Positions 47,692 through 51,476 of a DNA stretch of 51,476 bases are shown piece after piece. The position numbers and the translations under genes were made by a program. This DNA is from Candidatus Binatia bacterium (lineage in GTDB: Bacteria > Chloroflexota > Limnocylindria > QHBO01): positions 1-51,476 of the forward strand of contig DATKDB010000123.1 in assembly GCA_035512895.1 (NCBI GenBank). The letters run 5' to 3'. Positions within the stretch are counted from its first letter, which is position 1. Every line of letters begins with the position of its first letter. The notes under the pieces are model-generated. The model saw only the letters and a program-made list of their open reading frames with translations. It made no database searches and was not told the DNA's origin.

Positions 47692-48960
47692 CTACGGATA
47701 GAGCCCGCGCAGGGTCGTCGCCTCGGCGACGCGCGCGACGGCGACCATCATCGCCGCGCTGCGCAGGTCGACCTGTTCCGACGATGCCATGTTCTGCACG
47801 CCGGCCATCGCCTCGTCCATGATCCGGTCGAGCTCGCGCTGGATCTCGGCCTCCGTCCAGAAGAAGGCCTGCATGTCCTGCACCCACTCGAAGTAGCCGA
47901 GGACCGTGCCCCCCGCGGTGCAGAGGATGTCGGGGATGACGGTGATGCCGCGGTCGGCCAGGACGAGGTCCGCTGCAGGCGTCGTCCCGCCGTTCGCCGC
48001 TTCGGCCACGATCCGGGCGCGGACCGCGTCGGCGTTCGCATCGGTGATCTCGCCCTGGAGGCCGGCAAGGACGAGGATGTCGCAGTCGAGCGCGAAGAGG
48101 TCCGGCTTCGTCATCGGCTCCGTCTCCGGCAGCCCGGCGATCGCGTCGTGCTCCCGCATCCACGTCGTCGCGCGCTCCACGTCGATGCCCGTCGGGTTCG
48201 CGACCGCCTCGCGGTCATCGGCCAGGCCGACCACCGTCATGCCGGCCTGCCCCAGCTCCTCGGCGACCGTCATACCGACCCGCCCGAAGCCCTGGATCGC
48301 GACGCGTGCCCCATCGAGCGGCACGCTCTGCTCGGCCGTCGTGGCGGCGATGCAGCGCAGCGCCCCACGCGCCGTGGCGCTGCGGCGGCCGAGGGTCCCG
48401 CCGATCCCCATCGGCTTGCCGGTCACCGATGCGGCAACCGTGTGGCCCTGGTGCATCGAGAGCGTGTCCATGATCCAGGCCATCGTCTGCGAACCCGTGT
48501 TCACGTCGGGCGAGGGAATGTCGCTGTCGGGGCCGAGGATGATGCCGATCTCGGTCGTGTAGCGCCGCGTCAGCCCCTGGCGCTCGTTCTCGCTCAGCCT
48601 GCGCGGGTCGACGCGCACGCCGCCCGCCGCGCCTCCGAACGGGATCTTCACGAGGGCCGCCTTCCACGTGTTCAGCATCGCGAGGGCGCGCACCTCGTCG
48701 AGGTCGAGGCGCGGGACGTAGCGGATGCCACCGCTCGTCGGCCCGCGGTTGATGTTGTGGTGGACGCGGAAGCCGGTGTACACCTCGACGTGCCCGTCGT
48801 CGTGCGTGACCGGAAAGTTGACCGTCAGCTCCCGTTTCGGGACGCGCAGGACCTTGTGCATGCCGGGATCGAGATGCAGCCGCTCGGCGGCGGCGTCGAG
48901 CTCACTCTGCGCGTTCGTCCAAATCCCGTTCGAGGTGGTTGGGCGTCGTGACGTGGTCAT
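47692..48960 (-). CDS. gdhA: Glu/Leu/Phe/Val dehydrogenase family (glutamate dehydrogenase)
   Basis: 422 aa. GFRV.HN...GP..GG.R, the catalytic Lys region KIPFGGAAGG, and the Rossmann motif VAIQGFGRVG. Confidence 0.9.
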   Translation of the reverse strand: MTTSRRPTTSNGIWTNAQSELDAAAERLHLDPGMHKVLRVPKRELTVNFPVTHDDGHVEVYTGFRVHHNINRGPTSGGIRYVPRLDLDEVRALAMLNTWKAALVKIPFGGAAGGVRVDPRRLSENERQGLTRRYTTEIGIILGPDSDIPSPDVNTGSQTMAWIMDTLSMHQGHTVAASVTGKPMGIGGTLGRRSATARGALRCIAATTAEQSVPLDGARVAIQGFGRVGMTVAEELGQAGMTVVGLADDREAVANPTGIDVERATTWMREHDAIAGLPETEPMTKPDLFALDCDILVLAGLQGEITDANADAVRARIVAEAANGGTTPAADLVLADRGITVIPDILCTAGGTVLGYFEWVQDMQAFFWTEAEIQRELDRIMDEAMAGVQNMASSEQVDLRSAAMMVAVARVAEATTLRGLYP

Positions 48961-49108
48961 CGGTCCCTAGGCTACCCCGCCGCGGCAAGTGGCGCCGCGA
49001 TCGGATGCGTGGCGGGTGGCAAGATGGTCGCATCCATTCCAGACCGATGCGCCGGCGCCTCGACGACGACCCGACCGGCGTGTCCCGCACATCCGAGGAG
49101 GACCGCCG

Positions 49109-50047
49109 ATGGCGCCCCGCGTCATGACTGTCTCCGGACCGATCCCACCCGACCGGCTCGGCTTCACGCTCCCGCACGAGCACACCGGGATTGCCCTCTG
49201 GCACAACGAGCAGCGCTCGGACTACTGGGAGCTCACCCCCGACGAAGACCTCCTGACCGAGGAGCTGCGCGAGCTTCGGCGGCGCGGCGGCGCCACCCTG
49301 GTCGACCTCACGCTCGACGGGGTCGGGCGCGATCCGCATCGGCTCCGGCGGCTTGCCAGCGCCACCGGGCTGAACATCGTGATGGGAGCCGGCTGGTATC
49401 GGGGCGCGTACTACCCGGCCGAGGCGCTGATCGACCGTCGCAGCGTCGACGACCTGGCGGCGCAGATCATCGGGGAGTTCGAGCACGGTGTTAGCAACAC
49501 CGGCATCCGGCCGGGGATCATCGGCGAGATCGGGACCGACAAGCCCTGGGTCAGCCCTTCCGAAGAACGCGTGCATCGTGCAGCGGCGCGCGCGTCGCTG
49601 GCGACCGGGATGGCGATCACGACCCACGGCGTCCAGTCCGCCGTCGGTCTGGCCCAGCTGAAGGTGTTCACCGAAGAGGGTGTCGACCCGGCGCGCGTCG
49701 TCATCGGCCATGCCGACTCGCACCACGACATCGACTTCTATCTCGAGGTGCTCGGCACCGGGGCGAACCTGCAATTCGACTTCCTCGGGCACCGGTTCGG
49801 GGTCGAGGAGGCGCTGGAGCCGCGGCTGGTCGAGACGATCGTCGAGCTGCTCGAGCGCGGATTCGCGCCGCAGATCCTGCTTTCCCAGGACGTGTGCCAC
49901 AACCGCCAGCTCAAGGCGAACGGCGGCTTCGGGTACGTGTACCTCCAGCAGCACTTCCTGCCGAGCCTGCGCACCGCCGCGGTCGGGGAGGGGGAGATCC
50001 GCACGATGACGATCGAGAATCCCGCGCGCATCCTCAGCATCGCGTAG
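49109..50047 (+). CDS. Phosphotriesterase family (PTE homology / aryldialkylphosphatase-related) protein
   Basis: ATG at 49109 lies 7 nt after GAGGAGG. 312 aa. GFTLPHEH, GIIGEIG, ITTH and IGHAD metal-ligand contexts. Confidence 0.85.
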   Translation: MAPRVMTVSGPIPPDRLGFTLPHEHTGIALWHNEQRSDYWELTPDEDLLTEELRELRRRGGATLVDLTLDGVGRDPHRLRRLASATGLNIVMGAGWYRGAYYPAEALIDRRSVDDLAAQIIGEFEHGVSNTGIRPGIIGEIGTDKPWVSPSEERVHRAAARASLATGMAITTHGVQSAVGLAQLKVFTEEGVDPARVVIGHADSHHDIDFYLEVLGTGANLQFDFLGHRFGVEEALEPRLVETIVELLERGFAPQILLSQDVCHNRQLKANGGFGYVYLQQHFLPSLRTAAVGEGEIRTMTIENPARILSIA

Positions 50048-50060
50048 GCGCACGTCCCTG

Positions 50061-51092
50061 ATGCCTGAGCCGCGCGACCCGATCGCCGACCTGCGGCGGA
50101 TCGCCTTCCTGCTGGAGGCGGCCCAGGAGCCGAGCTACCGCGTGCGCGCCTTCCGGACGGCGGCCGCCACGCTCGCCGAGCTGGGCGCGGAGCAGGTCGC
50201 GCTCATCGCCGAGTCCGGTGGCCTGCGCGAGCTGCCGGGAATCGGCGAGGTCACCGAGCGCACGATCCTGGAGAGCCTCCGCGGCGAGGAGCCGGTCTAC
50301 CTGCGCCGGCTCGAGGCGACCGAGGGCACGCCGCTGGCCGAGGGCGCGGCACGGTTGCGCGAGGCGCTGCGGGGCGACTGCCACGCCCACACGGAGGCGT
50401 CGGATGGCGGCTCCTCGATCCGCGAGATGGCCGAGGCGGCCATCGAGATCGGCCACGACTACCTGGTGATCACCGATCACTCGTCGCGCCTCACCGTGGC
50501 GAACGGGCTGTCTCCCGAGCGACTGCGGGCGCAACTCGACGAGATCGCGCTGCTCAACCGGGAGCTGGCTCCGTTTCGAATCCTCACCGGCATCGAGGTG
50601 GACATCAACGAGGACGGGTCGCTCGACCAGGAGCCCGACCTCCTGTCACGGCTGGACGTCGTCGTCGGAAGCGTCCACTCCGCGCTGCGGTCGGAGGAGC
50701 GGGCGATGACGGTGCGGATGGTCACGGCGCTCGCGAATCCGCATCTCGACGTGCTCGGCCACTGCACCGGGCGCATGCGGACCCGGAAGCGCAACCGCCC
50801 GCCCTCGGCGTTCGACGCCGACATCGTTTTCGCGGCCGCCGCCCGCTTCGACAAGGCGATCGAGGTGAACTCGCGTCCGGAGCGCCTGGACCCGCCGAAG
50901 CGGCTCCTGCGCCTGGCGGTCGAGGCCGGATGCCGCGTGGCGATCGACACCGATGCCCACGCTCCGGGTCAGCTCGCCTGGCTCGGCAACGGCTGCGAGC
51001 GCGCCTTCCTGTGCGGGGTCATCCCGCCGATGATCGTCAACGCGATGGGGGTGGACGGGCTGCTGGCCTGGACCGCCGCCCACGAGGCGTGA
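50061..51092 (+). CDS. PHP domain phosphoesterase with PolX-like N-terminal 8-kDa/HhH domain (no polymerase core)
   Basis: 343 aa. The N-terminus (FLLEAAQEPSYRVRAFRTAA...LRELPGIGEVTERTILE) is followed directly by PHP motifs (GDCHAHTEASDG, VITDHS, GIEVDI, GSVH, GHCTGR, IDTDAH). Confidence 0.85.
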   Translation: MPEPRDPIADLRRIAFLLEAAQEPSYRVRAFRTAAATLAELGAEQVALIAESGGLRELPGIGEVTERTILESLRGEEPVYLRRLEATEGTPLAEGAARLREALRGDCHAHTEASDGGSSIREMAEAAIEIGHDYLVITDHSSRLTVANGLSPERLRAQLDEIALLNRELAPFRILTGIEVDINEDGSLDQEPDLLSRLDVVVGSVHSALRSEERAMTVRMVTALANPHLDVLGHCTGRMRTRKRNRPPSAFDADIVFAAAARFDKAIEVNSRPERLDPPKRLLRLAVEAGCRVAIDTDAHAPGQLAWLGNGCERAFLCGVIPPMIVNAMGVDGLLAWTAAHEA

Positions 51093-51170
51093 TCCGACGG
51101 TTGGCGCGGGACCTGCATCGCCGGGGGGGAACGCATACTGGTGCGCCACTCGCATGGAGGAATGAAGCAC

Positions 51171-51374
51171 ATGTCCGTCGCCAAGGTGACCGAGCTTTCC
51201 TGCACCTCGACCGAGAGCTTCGAGGATGCCATCCGTCAGGGGATCGATCGCGCGAGCAAGACGCTGCGCGGCGTGAAGAGCGCGTGGGTCAAGGAGCAGC
51301 GCGTGAACGTCGGGCGGGATGGCAGCGTCGAGTTCCAGGCGAACATCCTCGTGACCTTCATCCTCGAGGACTGA
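51171..51374 (+). CDS. Dodecin family flavin-binding protein
   Basis: ATG at 51171 lies 10 nt after GGAGG. 67 aa. VAKVTELSCTSTESFEDAIRQGIDRASKTLRGVKSAWVKEQ is the dodecin (DUF1458) pattern. Confidence 0.8.
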   Translation: MSVAKVTELSCTSTESFEDAIRQGIDRASKTLRGVKSAWVKEQRVNVGRDGSVEFQANILVTFILED

Positions 51375-51381
51375 GTTCGGG

Positions 51382-51476
51382 CTAGTCGGCGAGGCCGATG
51401 CGCCCCTCGTTGCGCACGAATCGCGAGCGATACGTCGGGTTGCTCACGCGCTGGCTGATCATGGCCGCGTCGATCG
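51382..51476 (-). CDS. 3' end of an unidentified gene running off the window
   Basis: The minus frame ...IDAAMISQRVSNPTYRSRFVRNEGRIGLAD ends at a stop (TAG at 51382-51384). About 90% GC3 over 30 codons. It is too short to identify. Confidence 0.4.
   Translation of the reverse strand, partial: IDAAMISQRVSNPTYRSRFVRNEGRIGLAD

Overview
This is a very GC-rich chromosomal segment, roughly 70% GC by eye. Off-frame and antisense ORFs are therefore long and rich in Arg, Pro and Gly, and I discarded them. I support about 57 protein-coding genes and one tRNA-Arg(UCU). I saw no CRISPR array, rRNA, transposase or integrase. Gene packing is tight, with many 1-4 nt stop/start overlaps (ATGA, GTGA). Several genes have a TANNNT -10 box 7-8 nt before the start codon, which suggests leaderless mRNAs. 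Gene content is actinobacterial in flavour (inference): an F420-type LLM oxidoreductase, a CysRS/MshC-family ligase, a BldC-like HTH protein, an IdeR/DtxR-like iron box and an acyl-ACP desaturase.

Functional blocks:
- a thiol-redox locus (Crp/FNR regulator, AhpD-like protein, TlpA-like protein, CcdA)
- a Fe(III)-type ABC importer
- an LLM / Fe-S / FAD-oxidase operon
- acyl-CoA dehydrogenase, penicillin-acylase-family protein and S9 peptidase
- an ArsR / SRPBCC / DUF1801 operon
- an ICM-type acyl-CoA mutase large subunit, a desaturase and a glutamate dehydrogenase
- phosphotriesterase-like, PHP-domain and dodecin genes

Most unusual observations:
1. A translationally coupled four-gene operon beside the tRNA. 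It encodes a fused TPP-dependent E1 alpha-beta protein, a FabD-like acyltransferase, an AlkA-type DNA glycosylase and a GT1 glycosyltransferase.
2. An 18-nt exact repeat of tandem GGTAAGC heptamers at two distant gene 3' ends.
3. A GT2 glycosyltransferase whose N-terminus looks like the detached C-terminal anticodon-binding motif of CysRS. The CysRS/MshC-like gene in this window lacks exactly that region.
4. A likely 1-nt frameshift in the DUF1801 gene.

All functional calls come from motif recognition by eye, not from database searches.
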